Translations under genes and position numbers: made by a program
Notes under the pieces: model-generated
Database searches by the model: none
Told to the model about the DNA's origin: nothing
What the model saw: the letters and a program-made list of their open reading frames with translations, nothing else
DNA from: Nymphaea colorata
Lineage: Eukaryota
Length of the DNA: 64,000 nucleotides
NCBI RefSeq assembly: GCF_008831285.2
Contig: NC_045138.2
Location: forward strand, 32,674,001-32,738,000
Direction of reading: 5' to 3'
In this document: piece by piece, positions 14,901 through 30,580 of the stretch
Layout: the number at the start of each line of letters is the position of its first letter
How positions within the stretch are numbered: the first letter of the stretch is position 1

Positions 14901-15512
14901 ATCAAGTGTTTCTTTTATCATAATGCAGAAAAATGCTGCATAGTTAGTCTATGCAAATTTAGATGCTATTAGTCATCTATATCCTGCAGAGCTAGTAGAT
15001 TTTAATTTCTTTCTTTTTTCTTTTTCCTCTATTGGTGGTTGTCCAAGAAATTAGTACATGTGATGCTACTTGGAGATGTAAATGGACTGCCTACGTTGTC
15101 GTAATTATTATCTGATACTTTGTATGGATTTCCAGAGTTATACTTCCATTAGGTTTGTTGATGTTGCTGTGCTTGTCCGCTGTTGATATTCACATTCTAA
15201 TCTCTGAAATGTTGCACTAAACTCCAGTGCAGGACGACCAATTTGTTAGAGAAACTGTGAAATTCTCAAACGATAGCCGGCCTAGAGACTTTGGACAAGT
15301 TTTTAATGGGTTTCGATCTCGGGGATCATCTGAGAAAGGTATGCACATAGGGAGCCAGATTTAGTTGATAGATGGCTTGTCTCTATTTTTTGTTTCTACA
15401 GGTCTATATAACTTCTTGTTCAATCTTTCTGTTTTTGGCAGTTTCTTCTGGGAAAACCTCCTCATCAGGAACAGTTGTGGACATAGAGGCTGAAATAAAG
15501 GATGTGGACTGA
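11938..15512 (+). CDS. Uncharacterised, probably plastid-targeted membrane protein with two CxxC motifs, 243 aa; exons 11938-12318, 13740-13817, 14631-14665, 14755-14810, 15228-15338, 15442-15512
   Basis: All five introns are GT-AG and phase-consistent. The protein has an R/S-rich N-terminus, a Gly run, two hydrophobic helices, CPNC..CPYC and a C-terminal VVDIEAEIKDVD. Confidence 0.85.
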
Positions 15513-17384
15513 TTCTTCCTACTGTTCAGTCAGTGAAAGGAAACAAGGTTTCGTTCCATGCTTGATCTCTTCTTTAGCCTGTTTTCTCGAAGGGGACTGT
15601 TATGATCCGTCTAATTTGGCTCGAGAGATTGGTCCAATGGGCCTCTATTTGCACCTGTACAATTCAAGGCATGACAATCAATAACTCAAACCACCTTCTG
15701 CTTTCAAGCTTGGCTAATCTAGTTTCAATAATTTCAGTGTCTGACCGACCTACATCCATCTTCTTATGACACGCACAAGGCTAATTTCCTTTTTAGTTAT
15801 TTGTGCCAATTGGTTCTTGCACCTATTGAACTTGATATTATAGTTTGTTGCAGTTGATTTTTATTTCAGGTTCTCTGACATGATTATATGCGGCAGTATA
15901 TTAGTGAAATTATCAACTGATCAACAGTTTTGTGTTTCTGCAACAGCCCTCCTTTGAGCCCTGCTGTATCCTTTCTGTTTTGAAGAGTGGCTGGACTGGA
16001 CAAAAGACATAACTAGCAATCTGGAGGCTCAATGTAAAGATAAACGATCTCTCTCTCTCTCTCCCCATTTCCAAGGGTACTACTGTTCAGTTAAATGATG
16101 AAGAAATGTCTATCCATTGACGTTGAAGAGTTTTCTGCTTTAGCATCTGAAATGGGCTATATAGGTGCATTTTTAACGCTGCAACAAGGTTTTCTTTTCC
16201 TTTCTTTGTGCTGGTTGAGGGCATTGTCGACGTTCTCGCTGTAAATCTGCGGCAATAGAAAATTAAATTGGATGATCTACTGCTTATACACAAACTCCAT
16301 GGCAATGAAGGATATCTTGATTTCCTTTGTGACAATGAATAATGAATTGTTTAGCTTCATTCAGTCCTTTTAGTTTTTGTCATGCTATGTGACCAATTTT
16401 TCTCAACAATAATTCAAAGTTAACCCAAGATGCTAAAAGAATTAACAAGTTTATTTTCTCAACTGCGCATCTTCGTCGATTCATTGATGAAATCTCTCTT
16501 TATCGGTACAAGTGATACTGGCTTATATCTTTTTTAGTAATAAACAACTTAATATTAAGTTATTTTTAAAATCAATTTGGAAAAAAAAAAAAGAGCGGCA
16601 TGGGTTGATACGGAATGATATGTACCGGCCGATACGCCGTATTGGTGAGCAAACCGGTACGGCACCAATATTTGATATTGAGGTGGTCAATCATAGAACA
16701 GTACCTGCAGATCATGTCACCCACACATCCAATCCCACAGCTTACAAGCTGTCAGCCGATAAGAATTCCAAATCTGCAAACACGGTACCCTTTTAAATAT
16801 TGATCGTCTGTGACAAACTCTTTTTGGAGTTGACTATCCAGCACCACATTCCTTCCACCTCTCTCGCTAACGGTTTGACTAAGTTTCTCTATTTTAAAAT
16901 TTAAAATAAAAAATCTTGTTGGGATTGGATAACCCTCGCAAGTTTCTTTATTTTAAAATTTAAAATAAAAAATCTTGTTGGGATTAGATAAATAAATGGC
17001 ACGTTACATTGACGCTTTCAGGCTTTTTTCGGATGGTGGGATTAATAAAATTTGAACCTTTACAAAATCAAATCTAAAGAATTTAAGTTTGAGATCTTTT
17101 GTAACAACCCATTAGATCCACTTTGATAAGCTGAATAATAGGATGATTTCTCTACTCGCTTTGCCTTCTTTCATACCAATCTGTCATATGGGTTCCGCAT
17201 CTGAGTTTGCAATACAGACCCGTGAGAGTCGTGCATCTTGGCAATCGAACTAAAACAATGCGGTGCATGTCAGCAATTTATATTACAGAAATGAAACCAT
17301 ATCTTTGGGAAATGAATGCTTTGCTTCCACCATGGTTGTGCAGATCTCACAAAGTTGTAACAAGAACGTCAAAAGTGTGATGTG

Positions 17385-17560
17385 CAGAGCGGAGATACAT
17401 GGAGGCTGGTGTGGGCAATGGCCCACACCAAAAACCAAAAATTTATTTAAAAGGACTTGAAATTACACTGTAATGATTCAAATATTAAATGGGGTGTCTA
17501 CACAGACCCCAGTTGATAACTCGAGCACCCCTCAGCCAAAAAAATTATGGCTTCACCGTC
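17385..17560. mobile_element. Degenerate MITE-like element, same family as 227-478; a partial 3' end (aaaaatttctcgctccgcccct) also occurs near 25100-25124
   Basis: Shares terminal motifs with 227-478. Confidence 0.5.
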
Positions 17561-18774
17561 GTGTTCAGACAGGAACAAGTAAAGGTACATCAGATGCCTA
17601 GCTCTGTGCACGTAGCCAAGTGGGTCGCCTTCCCGCCTTTATGTTGAACAAAGTCAAGAGTTGAAGCCCGATGAAAGTCCTCTTGTGGGCTCACATTCTT
17701 TAATAGCTAGCGAAGTGTCATCTTGAAGGCTTCAGCTTGAACTTGCTTCTCCTTCAAGGGGCATGATTTCATCCCTGGTTCTTCATTCTCTCTCTAAAGT
17801 GTAGGAGATAGGTTGCTTGATACTGATCTTGGTACAAAACCTTTTCATAAATACCATTCTTAAACGGACTAATATTGTTGCCTAGAAGTCGTAGACAGAA
17901 GCCAAACACCTGCTCACATTATAAAAAGATCACCCCCTTTCTCTATCAAGTCAAAGAAAATCACCTCACTCATGAGTTAATTGGTGAAAGAAGCTGAGCT
18001 TTTATTGCGTGCCAGGAAGCACACACGCTCATAACAGAAAGAAATCACACTGCAACTGGATGTCTGCATGTTCTTCCTGCCAGATTCTTGGTCCTTGTGG
18101 ACTCGGTAACCAGTTAACCCCGTGAGACTCTAATACGAGTGCCACCTTCTTCCCACCAGCTGGGTTTATCAAGCAGCAGAGGCCAAGTATTCTAATGGCG
18201 ATACGACGTTCATCATTATTTATCCTCTACAAGAAACGTCCTTTTTCTTTTTCCTTTTCTTTTCTTTAGAGATTCTCAATGGGGAGAGCACCTCTCTACT
18301 TTAGATGGCCGTGTGTCGTGCAAGGCATCACGAAGGGTCCAGCTCTCTTGGTGGTTTTGAGGATGTTTTTAGGCTAAACATGATCTCGATTCACAATGGT
18401 ATAAGCAACGACAAGCCATGAACCAAATGTCCGATATCTATATGTATTGATCGTGGTTTCTTAGGAACTTTCTCAAACTAATTAAGTACAGCTCGAAAGG
18501 GTCGCCAAAGGGAGACGTATTGAATATTGGAAAGCCAAAGACGTGGAAGGGCAGCACAAAAACAAAGATGGATAGTGTGAAGAACAAAGAAGAGAGGAAA
18601 AATAAAAAAGAAGAATAAGGAAAAGAAGTGGTGATGCCCATGTTTCCTTATTTGATCTCCTTGTCTCCCGTTTGTCAAGTTCAAGTTTTGTAATACAGAC
18701 AATGTCTACATAAGAGAGAGAGAGAGAGACAGAGGCAGAGAGGGAGAGAGAGAGACAGAGAGAGAGAGACAGAG

Positions 18775-21133
<2,359 letters not shown>

Positions 21134-22571
21134 ACCCCCAGAAATGTGTTGGCACAAAAGTTGCAGAGGTTGAAGACGTGACCGACAAATGCATCAAACG
21201 ATATACCAAAAATGGATGAACAGGCACAGACGAAGAGTATTAGCAAGATGACAACAAAGACAAAGCAGCCACCAAAATGTAACTGGTTAATTAGTTTATT
21301 TCAAAGAAAAAGAAGGAAAAGCTCCCAGGGAGCAGCAATAATTTCTTATCCTAGTATTTGACCACGTAATAATCAAGGTGGAGAGAGCAAGTCATAATAT
21401 ATGTATCAAACACATACTGATTATTTTTGCCAACGTGATTTTCATTTTACATCTATCAGTTCAGTGGAAATGCAACGAGCTAAATAGTCCATCGTAGATA
21501 TTTTAAGTCAAAAACTATAAAATTTTTTATCCATTGAAGCCTTCATTGAGCTCAAAGAGCGAGCATGAGAAGAAACCCTGATTTTTAACATCCGTAATCA
21601 ATCAGGTGAAAGTTCAAAACCTTTGTAGGGATCTACAACCTCTTGTAGATGCCATCACCAAGACAGGAAAACTTTATTTTTCAAAGGCTGATGAAGCAAG
21701 CAGACACCGCAGTTCCAAGCAACTTAGTGGGTCCCATCTGATACTTTTTGCAAAGGCCATTACAGAAGCTTGCTCAAAATGATAAACGACTGATGTCAAA
21801 GCTTTGAAAATTTAAAATGAGAAACAAGCAAAAGGAACGATTTGGTTAGATCAGTGATAAGACTTTCAGTTTATGTCCAAAACGCAGTGAAAATATTGCC
21901 AAACCTCTACCATCTGAGCATGAGCAGAAGAGAATGGAAGTTTCCCCAAGGGGTGACTTGACCTATACCTAAAAGATATTATGCCCTTAAGTAACCAACC
22001 CCCCTTGCTACTGTTTAATAAAAACAAAGAGGATACCTAGGGTTTTCATAGTCTCTACAATCAAATCTGATGTTCGAGGACTCATAAGCAGGAAAACACG
22101 CCCTTGACATGTGCAAGCACATACAGGTAGCATGTACATGTTCTTGCATCAGCATGGAAACATGAAGCATGAATCACGTGTTCACATGCGCACTTACATT
22201 ATCTGCATGATAGCAAAAGTCCAGCTTCACAAGAAGTTGGCACAAATTCACTTCGGTCCAGGAGCAACAGATACAAGTTTACAATGTTTCACAGCATTCT
22301 CCACTCTCTAGATCATTCATGTACTTGATTACCTCATTATAACAAACCAGTCATAGGAAAATGAACCTTACATGCAAGCTCTAATCTGAACACCCAGAGC
22401 CGCTTAAATCATATGCATAGTGGTTGTAGTTTTTGTGTCTTTAGACTCTTCACCTGGAACCACTGATCAAACTTCAGACCATGTCATTATAAGAACTCTC
22501 TGGTCATTTCCACCTAATCATAGAAATAGCATGTGTGGCGATCGGGGAAAATCATGCAGAAATTTACATAC

Positions 22572-23667
22572 CTATTCCTTCTTTTCCTTTTTCCCTCCAG
22601 AGAACATCTTAAAACCTCCATATATTAGCAAAGCCCAACCAGACAGAGAGACAATCACAAACTGCCAAGATGATTACATAATTTAGTTTCTCAACGAAAT
22701 ACACACACACACACACACACACATGTAACATTATAAACACGTCAATCTAACAACTGAGCATAAACCATAAAGGAAGGAAGGAGAACTCGGAATTTTAAAG
22801 CCTGATATTAAAACTGGAAAGGAAAAAAATATATATGGATGCCAAGCATTTATAGTAGTCCTAAGTTCTCACCACCTATCTGATCAATGAAAGACTAATA
22901 AATAACAACTTCCAAGCGAATGGATGAAAAAATCACTATTTTAGAACAAGATATCTGTAAGCTAGAAAGTAGCCAAGAAGCAAGTCTTAAACTTTAGCAT
23001 GTGCAACCATCAATTCACTAACACGAATTTAAAATGCATCTTCCATGCTTTATTTTTCGAAGTAAACCAAAAAGGAAAAAACACTTCGTTCAGAAAGTAA
23101 AACGATAGCTTCAATCAAGCACATAATTTCGCGCCCATTTATCCCGAGGTTGGCAACACTCACATGCTCTTCCTTCCACTTGGATGGGCTTAGAGGATCC
23201 TGCCAAAAGTTGACCTTCGGAGGCCCATGATGATCTGCAAAGAATGAACCAGTAAATCACTAAATAAAATACATGACAGAAACTAGATCAACATCCTACG
23301 CGTACCAATGAAGAAGATCAATAAAAAAACTTAAACCCAAATCTGGGCCTAAAACAGAGGATGAAACTTCAGGAACAACAAAATAATTTCATCAACTATA
23401 TAACCCACTCAGGATCAATAAGATGGTGTGAAACCAAGGAAGAAGAAACAGACAACCTAATCACAAACACGGCACCAAAAAACAAGGGCTAAGGCGCAAC
23501 CAACAATTCAAATAAGTGAGGGAGAGAGAACCTCCACCACCAGCCAAGCCCCGCCGGTGGAGTAGCTTAACTGCTTGAGCCCCGGATGGCTGCGACGGGG
23601 AAGACGATAATCTGAGCGCATCGGCAAGGGAAGGTGCTCGGCGAGCCGCCGCCGACCATGCAGCCAT
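22572..23667 (-). CDS. Small mitochondrial single-TM protein, 98 aa, resembling the plant complex IV subunit COX-X3 (COX7c-like); exons 23667-23532, 23234-23164, 22661-22572
   Basis: Presequence-like N-terminus (MAAWSAAARR...HRRGLAGGG) followed by DHHGPPKVNFWQDPLSPSKWKEEH-FVIVSLSGWALLIYGGFKMFSGGKK. Introns are GT-AG and in phase. The gene model is solid; the family name is from recall. Confidence 0.8.
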
Positions 23668-24209
23668 CCTTCCTCGGACCGCAAATTTTAGAGAGAGAGA
23701 GTGGGGTAGAGAGAGAGAGATGCCGGGAAGGAGGTACGGAGTAAGGAGCGAGGAGCGAGCAAGAGCGGGAGAGAGAGGGAGGGAGATGGTCGGTGGCCGA
23801 GTTGGATCCGACCCGGTAGCAACACATCGCATGTAATCCGCGAGTTGGATCTTGACTAAACTGGACCTTGGAGAACGGATCCTGCACGATAACGAAATTC
23901 CATTTGCACTTCACATTGATGATTCAAAATCCGGATTCTAACACCCGAGATGCGATCAGGCCCCGAAGTTGGAATGTTTAAACCATGCCAGGTCCAATTC
24001 CAACTGCTTAAAAATAAGAAAGTGAAACCACCAAACTTCTTAGATCTATCGTTCGACACAAGCAGTGGTGCATATTTGACATGTTCTGTTTCGATGTACA
24101 GTTATTTACTTGTCAAAAGTTTTTCTTTTAATCTTCTAGCAAAAATGTATTTAAATATCGTACTTTAATTATTAGTTTTTAAAGTTAAAATAAGAACCAT
24201 ATAACATCT

Positions 24210-24283
24210 GGCCTATTAGCTCAGTTGGTTAGAGCGTCGTGCTAATAACGCGAAGGTCGCAGGTTCGAGACCTGCATGGGCCA
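24210..24283 (+). tRNA. tRNA-Ile (anticodon AAT)
   Basis: GGCCTAT/ATGGGCC acceptor stem, D-arm AGCTCAGTTGGTTAGAGC, anticodon loop CTAATAA, GGTTCGAGACC T-arm, and a T-run just downstream. Confidence 0.97.
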
Positions 24284-26368
24284 ACATTCATTATCTTTTC
24301 TCCTTGCGCAAGTAAGTACATTCTTTTTTTTGGTCGCTTTTGATGGTTTCCGTGACCGGTTTCTGGCCATTAGACCTGCTTGGATTTTGTAAGTTCCTCC
24401 TAGTTGTAGTTAGGGAGGTGTTTTGTCATTTTATTATCAGTAAAATTGAAACCAAATCCATCACCAACCCGACATTTTCTCTCATCGAATTTAGAGTGGT
24501 AAATCTAAATTATATCCTCAACCTTTATATCCCCAGTCGAGCTGATATTATAATCGGGAAAATAAAAAATGCCCAGCAACCTTTGTTTGCAGCACAGCAA
24601 ATGGGGAGCGCAGCTAGAACCCTTATCGTTGTTCTGTTTATGCAGAAGGATTTTTACGCCGACGCTTTAGCAGCGTTTGCTGAAATAATATTGCCTGCCA
24701 AGAGTCTTTCAGAGAGGAGGAGGAAAAAAAAATGGTTCATTTCATCACCTCCAGTGAAAGATCCATGGATGGTTATCCAAGATTCACGCGGATTTCATGG
24801 ACCTATTTTTCAGTTCACAGTTTTTGCATTCAACCGTTGATCTAGAATCTGATTACTGAAATCTTCTCCCTGTTTAAAAGGTGGGTTTCAAAATAGTGTA
24901 GATCTAACATAATCTAAGATCCAGGGCTATCAAAACTTGCCCAAGTTTCTTTCAAGTAGAGAAGAGATTATATTAGATCCCCAGATAAACCCTCACAGCC
25001 ATTCGTCTTTCTGCCAATGTACTTCTTGCGTTCACTTTGTTGTTAGAGTATTATTCAGCCCTCGTAAAAAAATTTGAAAAATGTACGCCGGCCTGCTTAA
25101 GAAAAAATTTCTCGCTCCGCCCCTAGTTTGAAATGAATGGTTGCAATGCTTGGGTTGGGTGGATGGTAACCATAGGCCGAGCATCAACCTGTTCTTCGTC
25201 GGCTTCTTGCTTAAAAGAGAGGACATAAAAATTTCATCACTTAAACTGAGATTACCATTCAGTGCATGAAGTCTGGCCCAGTTTCAGGTTATACCAAACA
25301 AGATTTCTGCGGTTGCAGAAATTTCTTTCTTCTTTGCTTCAAATGCATGAATTACCGTCGACGTTCGTTGCTCTACATCCGTTTCTATCAATCTTGTTGT
25401 CGTCCTGTACTTGTTATTGTCTTTCCCACGGATACGGCCTAAATAAGCCAAACCGAGTTCAGGACATATATACCACTTCCCTATTAGCAGAATCTAGTTA
25501 GTTTGATCCAGTAAAGCAAGTTTACAATTTAGTAAAAATAAAAACAGTCTTAGAGATAGAAGTCTGAAGTCTCTGAAAAGCTTTGATATAGTCACTTCAA
25601 CTAATCCCATATTTGGATCCCACTAAGACTTGGATCTCGATGAAATATTTTTGGAAAACAAACTTGATTTAAAATATAAGCATCACAAACATTTAACATC
25701 TTCTTCATTTTGTACAGTCAAAGTGAGCACCTATATAGTACTCCCTGAATTTTAAATCCCACCTTAAGTGTCTTTCGGATAAATAAAGTGGATTGGACAA
25801 AAAATGTTGTATAAAATGTTATCAGCTAAAACATATCTCCACATTGCACTCTTGTTTTTTCGAATTTACAAAATAATTTAAAACGTTTGAATGGTTTAAG
25901 AATAAAACTTCAAAGTAAGAAAGCCTTCGTGTCGATACAATACGTATCAGCCAATACAGAGTATTGTCAGTAACAACGTATTAAAATACTCCTGTACATA
26001 GTATAAACTACAACTTATATTGTATATAGTATGAACTAGTGTCTAGGGGTTCAGATAAGTCCAATGGTAAAGGAGCATGCAATAAAAGGATACCTTGATG
26101 TTGGTGGGGAACAAAAGATAAACGAAAGGATAGAACGATATGGGTAGCAGATATTCTAAATCCTTTAATGCTCTCTCATTGGTGGAAAACGAATGCCCAC
26201 CAATGCCAGTCCAGAAAACAATCTTGCTCCCCTCCAAGCCACTAGAATTCATCCAACCTTTCTGTGGCTGCTTTTTATGTGCTCCGGCCTGAGAACTCGT
26301 TACCACCGCCAGTCTGCACTAAGAGAGAGAAAGAGGCAGAGAAAGGCGGGAGAAACCAAGAAAGAAAA

Positions 26369-27744
26369 ATGGCCTCCACTTTAGCCTCTGCCAGATCTGG
26401 GACTGTTATCAAGACCCCGTTTCTAGGCCAAACCAGAGGCTCCAATGCCAAATCTCTCAGGGACCTTGTCTCATTTGGAAATGGGAAGTTCACAATGGTA
26501 TGACAATCTCTCTCTCTCTCTCTCTGTGTGTGTATTCTAAATCTTTTCTAAGACTATCTTTGGTTGGTCCAACAACAGGGAAATGAACTCTGGTATGGTC
26601 CAGACAGAGTGAAGTATCTGGGCCCCTTCTCAGCACAGACCCCATCTTATTTGACCGGAGAGTTCCCCGGCGACTACGGATGGGATACTGCCGGATTATC
26701 TGCTGACCCAGAAGCCTTCGCAAGGAACAGAGCTCTGGAGGTATATGAACCAGAAAACTCGTGCTTCTCCGCTTTCAATTAGATCGAACACACAAGAGTA
26801 GTAGGCAAAACAACTGCAACATAATCCATTTTGTGTGCACGTTCGTACAAATTAGAACTGCTGGTGTTTATTTCCCATTGGAAAGGGGATAATATCAGGA
26901 CAGTCATCTAAGCTAAACCTTAAATTTTATATTCAATAATGGGTGGAAGTAGACAAACCATGATTTCATCCTTGTTCTGGTTTGCCTCATATGACCCCTT
27001 CGATTCTACATTTTTAAAAGGGCATTTCTCGTCCACTAGATGTAAAGACACACTGACACTGCAGCATTTGAGTCCACTGTTCATCTGGCTGAATAATAGT
27101 TAGTTTCTGTTTGACATCCTGCACCAGCTACAGTGTAGAAATAAGTCAAAAAAGAAAATGAACGAGATAAGGTGTCCATCCCCACAAAGATGAAGCCAAA
27201 AGCTACCTGCACTGACATGATGCTACTATCACAGGTGATCCATGGTAGATGGGCAATGCTTGGCGCATTGGGTTGCCTCACACCTGAGGTCCTGGAGAAG
27301 TGGGTGAAGGTGGACTTCAAAGAGCCAGTGTGGTTCAAGGCAGGAGCTCAAATCTTCTCTGAAGGTGGCCTCGACTACTTGGGCAACCCAAATCTTGTTC
27401 ACGCTCAGAGCATCCTGGCAGTGCTTGGCTTCCAAGTTGTCCTGATGGGTCTCGTCGAAGGGTTCCGCATCAATGGCCTCCCTGGTGTAGGAGAAGGCAA
27501 CAATCTGTACCCTGGTGGTCAATACTTTGACCCACTTGGTCTTGCTGACGACCCTGTTACCCTTGCGGAGCTCAAAGTGAAAGAAATCAAGAATGGTCGG
27601 CTAGCCATGTTCTCCATGTTCGGGTTCTTTGTTCAGGCCATTGTTACCGGAAAAGGCCCACTTGAGAATCTCTTAGACCATCTTGACAACCCAGTTGCCA
27701 ACAATGCCTGGGTCTATGCTACCAAGTTTGTCCCTGGGTCTTAG
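26369..27744 (+). CDS. LHCB3: Light-harvesting chlorophyll a/b-binding protein Lhcb3, 266 aa; exons 26369-26497, 26579-26740, 27235-27744
   Basis: [45 protein letters not shown] and [10 protein letters not shown]. The two-intron structure and the N-terminus are typical of Lhcb3. Confidence 0.95.
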
Positions 27745-28993
27745 AACTCTTTCTTACATGGTGGAGAATGTGAATTTGTTGATATGCTTATGTATCAATT
27801 ATTCAAGTTTAATATTCAGATAGCCAGCTTTTAATGTGATTGTAACGTTTTCAGCATCGTCGCTGTAGATTTCTTCGACAAAAATGACTGCAACGTAAGT
27901 AGCATTAAAATGAAATAAGGATACAAACAAAACAGGATCGTACAAATTTCAATAGAAGTTTAAAGGCCAGATCCAGCAAAAGTAGCATGTTGACAAGTCA
28001 CAACAAATTTCAGTTGTAAGCGATAATCCAAAAGGTCATGCAAAAATGCAAGGGTAGGACCTTCCGAATTCCGGAAATGGAAACCATACCTTCCCAATGT
28101 GATCTACGAAAAGCATACTAGTCAGAAAAGAACCGCGAGACAGAATGGAAGAACCCTCAAATAAAATTAAGAAATGAAGTCGGCATCTGCTGATCTATCT
28201 ACCACGTTAGAAAATTTTTTGCTGTAGTTATTATCGATATCTACCTCCCCAGGAACTTAACTGTTGAACTGATTGGAGCACAAGCTGCCTCGATTCAAGT
28301 TCAGTGGTTGCATCATCTGAACATAAACTTTCATCTGATCCTTTTTCAGGACAGCTAGTTTCCGGCTTTCAGCATCAGGATACTGTCCTGTAAAGCGTTT
28401 CATCAAACAAACATGGCAAGAGTATTCAAGTTAATCACTAACCATTACTGTCCATCAAGGTTCTCTGACCAGAAAAGTTATCTAGTTCCTTTTCAAGGGG
28501 ACGCACCAGCTGATGTCCCTTCCACTTGAGTGCATTTGATATCTTCTGAAACTTATTCAGGCCTTCGAATTTAGTTGAGAAAAAAAGGAACAGCTATAGA
28601 TGGACTGCTCTTTTCCTGAGACGGTAGCATTGCATCCGAATCAAGAATCCCCTGAAAGCCAGGTTCCCTGAATTGGAATCCAAACTTTCATCCAAAAGAC
28701 TGTCGTTTTGCTAGAGGCCATGATACAATGTCATTTTCACTGATTTTTATGTTCCAGGAGAAATATTCCTCCAGTTTGGAACTCAAATATCCCTTCTTCT
28801 AGTAAAAGGGCTTCCATCATTTTGAAATTGGAAGCCAACTTACCCTGGAAAATCATAAATGTAAAGTCCTCTTACACTTCTGCAGCAACATGAGGAATTG
28901 TCTAGAGTCAATTGCCGCCGGCGCCTAAAGTTCGTGGAAGAGACAACATGCCCAAGGTGGTGGTGGTCCCAGTAGCACAATCCATGAGTTTTT

Positions 28994-30580
28994 TTACAAG
29001 CCTACCTGGATTTGGCTATACCCAGGATTCTTCACAACTTTCGAGTCGAGCATTATGCTTCTAGCAGTTGCCACATCTTTCCATCTTCTACCTTCTGCAT
29101 AGACATTGGATAACAATACATAGTCCATATCTTCAAGAGGCCCCAGTTGAAGCAAACCTTGTATAGCCTTTTCTGCCAACTTAACATTCACGCCTTCAGA
29201 AGACCTACAAGCACTTAACAGAGTTCGCCACACAACGCAATTAGGTTCAAAAGGCATTGTGTCAATTACCTGCTTAGCCTCCTCAAGCATACCCAACCTA
29301 CAATAAAGATCCACCATACACCCAAAATGCTTTATGTCAGGTTTGATACCGTAGTCCTCTGACATACTACGAAAGTAGCGCCGAGCTTCATCTCGGAGAC
29401 CCTTGTGGATACAAGCAGTGAGAACTCCCAAGAAGGTGACCATGTTAGGCCGAATTTGTGTCTGCTCCATAGCAGTAAAAAGTTCGAGGGCTTCTTCACT
29501 TTGACCGTGAACAGCCAAACCTACTATCATCGCGTTCCATGAAGAAACGTGCTTCATGGTCATCCGGTGGAAAACATGACGCGCTAAATCCAAGCATCCG
29601 CACTTCGCATACATGTCGATGAGAGCATTGCCCATAAAACCTTCCACCTTGAATCCCTTTTCCTGTATGTAGGCGTGTATTCGTCTACCAGACTCAAGCT
29701 CACCAACCTCCGCACATGCACCAAGCATTGAGATCACAGTAATCTCAGTCGGCTCGTCACCAGTAATCTGCATCTGGCGGAAGAGCTCCAAGGCCTCGGC
29801 GTATTGTTTTTGCGTTACATACCCTGCTATCATAGCGTTCCACGAAACGGCATCTCGTTCAGGCATTTGGTCAAATAGTTGACGTGCAGCATCAACGTGG
29901 CCACTCTTGACGAGTTTTGTGATTTCACTGTTCCAGGAAACCACGTTCTTCGTTGGCATCTCTTCACGAAGAGAATTGGCTATATCAACCTGTTGGCATC
30001 TATCGTAGGCAACAATCATGGTATTCCAGGAGACGGGGGTTCGGATTGGCATCTCATCAAACACTCGACGAGCAAACTCAACCTGGCCGTACCCGGAGTA
30101 CATGAAGATAAGGGAGTTTTGGACGAAACCATTTCCTTCGAAGCCAGAATGAACAATTCTGCAGTGAACTTCAGCACCCTTGCACGAGAGGGAGCACTTC
30201 TCATCAGCCTCCACAATTGTGAAGGCTCTGGCACACGCATTGAGAACAAAAGGGAAGGTAAAGTTGTCTGCCCGAGTGCCCAAGCAAATCATGCGGTTGT
30301 ATAGGCGAAGGGCTTCGAGGGGGAAGGGACTCTTACAGTACCCTCTGATGATGGTGTTCCACAAAAATGGCTGCTTGGGATCACCCATTTCATCAAAGAG
30401 AAGGCGGCCATACTGTAGGCTACCATTGGGGGAGAGGACATAGCACCAGATCAACCTGCCGATAACGAAGGTACTACTTATGCAACCAACTTTGATCACG
30501 AGACAGTGGACCTGCTCTACGTGCCTCATACAATTGCACGAAGCACCTTGCAGTAGTGATACGATCCACTTCTTCGTCAT
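28994..30580 (-). CDS. Pentatricopeptide repeat protein, PLS class with E domain (no DYW), 528 aa, intronless
   Basis: Repeated VSWNAMI / NALIDMYAKCG / HFGCMVDL motifs, then E-domain YVLLSNVYA...W and KNPGYSQI before the stop. Confidence 0.93.
   Translation of the reverse strand: MTKKWIVSLLQGASCNCMRHVEQVHCLVIKVGCISSTFVIGRLIWCYVLSPNGSLQYGRLLFDEMGDPKQPFLWNTIIRGYCKSPFPLEALRLYNRMICLGTRADNFTFPFVLNACARAFTIVEADEKCSLSCKGAEVHCRIVHSGFEGNGFVQNSLIFMYSGYGQVEFARRVFDEMPIRTPVSWNTMIVAYDRCQQVDIANSLREEMPTKNVVSWNSEITKLVKSGHVDAARQLFDQMPERDAVSWNAMIAGYVTQKQYAEALELFRQMQITGDEPTEITVISMLGACAEVGELESGRRIHAYIQEKGFKVEGFMGNALIDMYAKCGCLDLARHVFHRMTMKHVSSWNAMIVGLAVHGQSEEALELFTAMEQTQIRPNMVTFLGVLTACIHKGLRDEARRYFRSMSEDYGIKPDIKHFGCMVDLYCRLGMLEEAKQVIDTMPFEPNCVVWRTLLSACRSSEGVNVKLAEKAIQGLLQLGPLEDMDYVLLSNVYAEGRRWKDVATARSIMLDSKVVKNPGYSQIQVGL

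Noticed and set aside
12790..16995. Short two-copy tandem duplications (~47 bp at 12795, ~19 bp at 13490, ~58 bp at 16880; also ~48 bp at 6217)
   Set aside because: Ordinary slippage or repair duplications in non-coding DNA.
28240..28860. Exon-like segments downstream of the PPR stop on the minus strand
   Set aside because: No continuous frame or identifiable peptide; at most 3'UTR exons.
29879..30443. Antisense and alternate-frame ORFs over the PPR gene (and similar ones over FTCD, Lhcb3 and CAP-D2)
   Set aside because: These are shadow ORFs of real coding sequence with no recognisable protein features.
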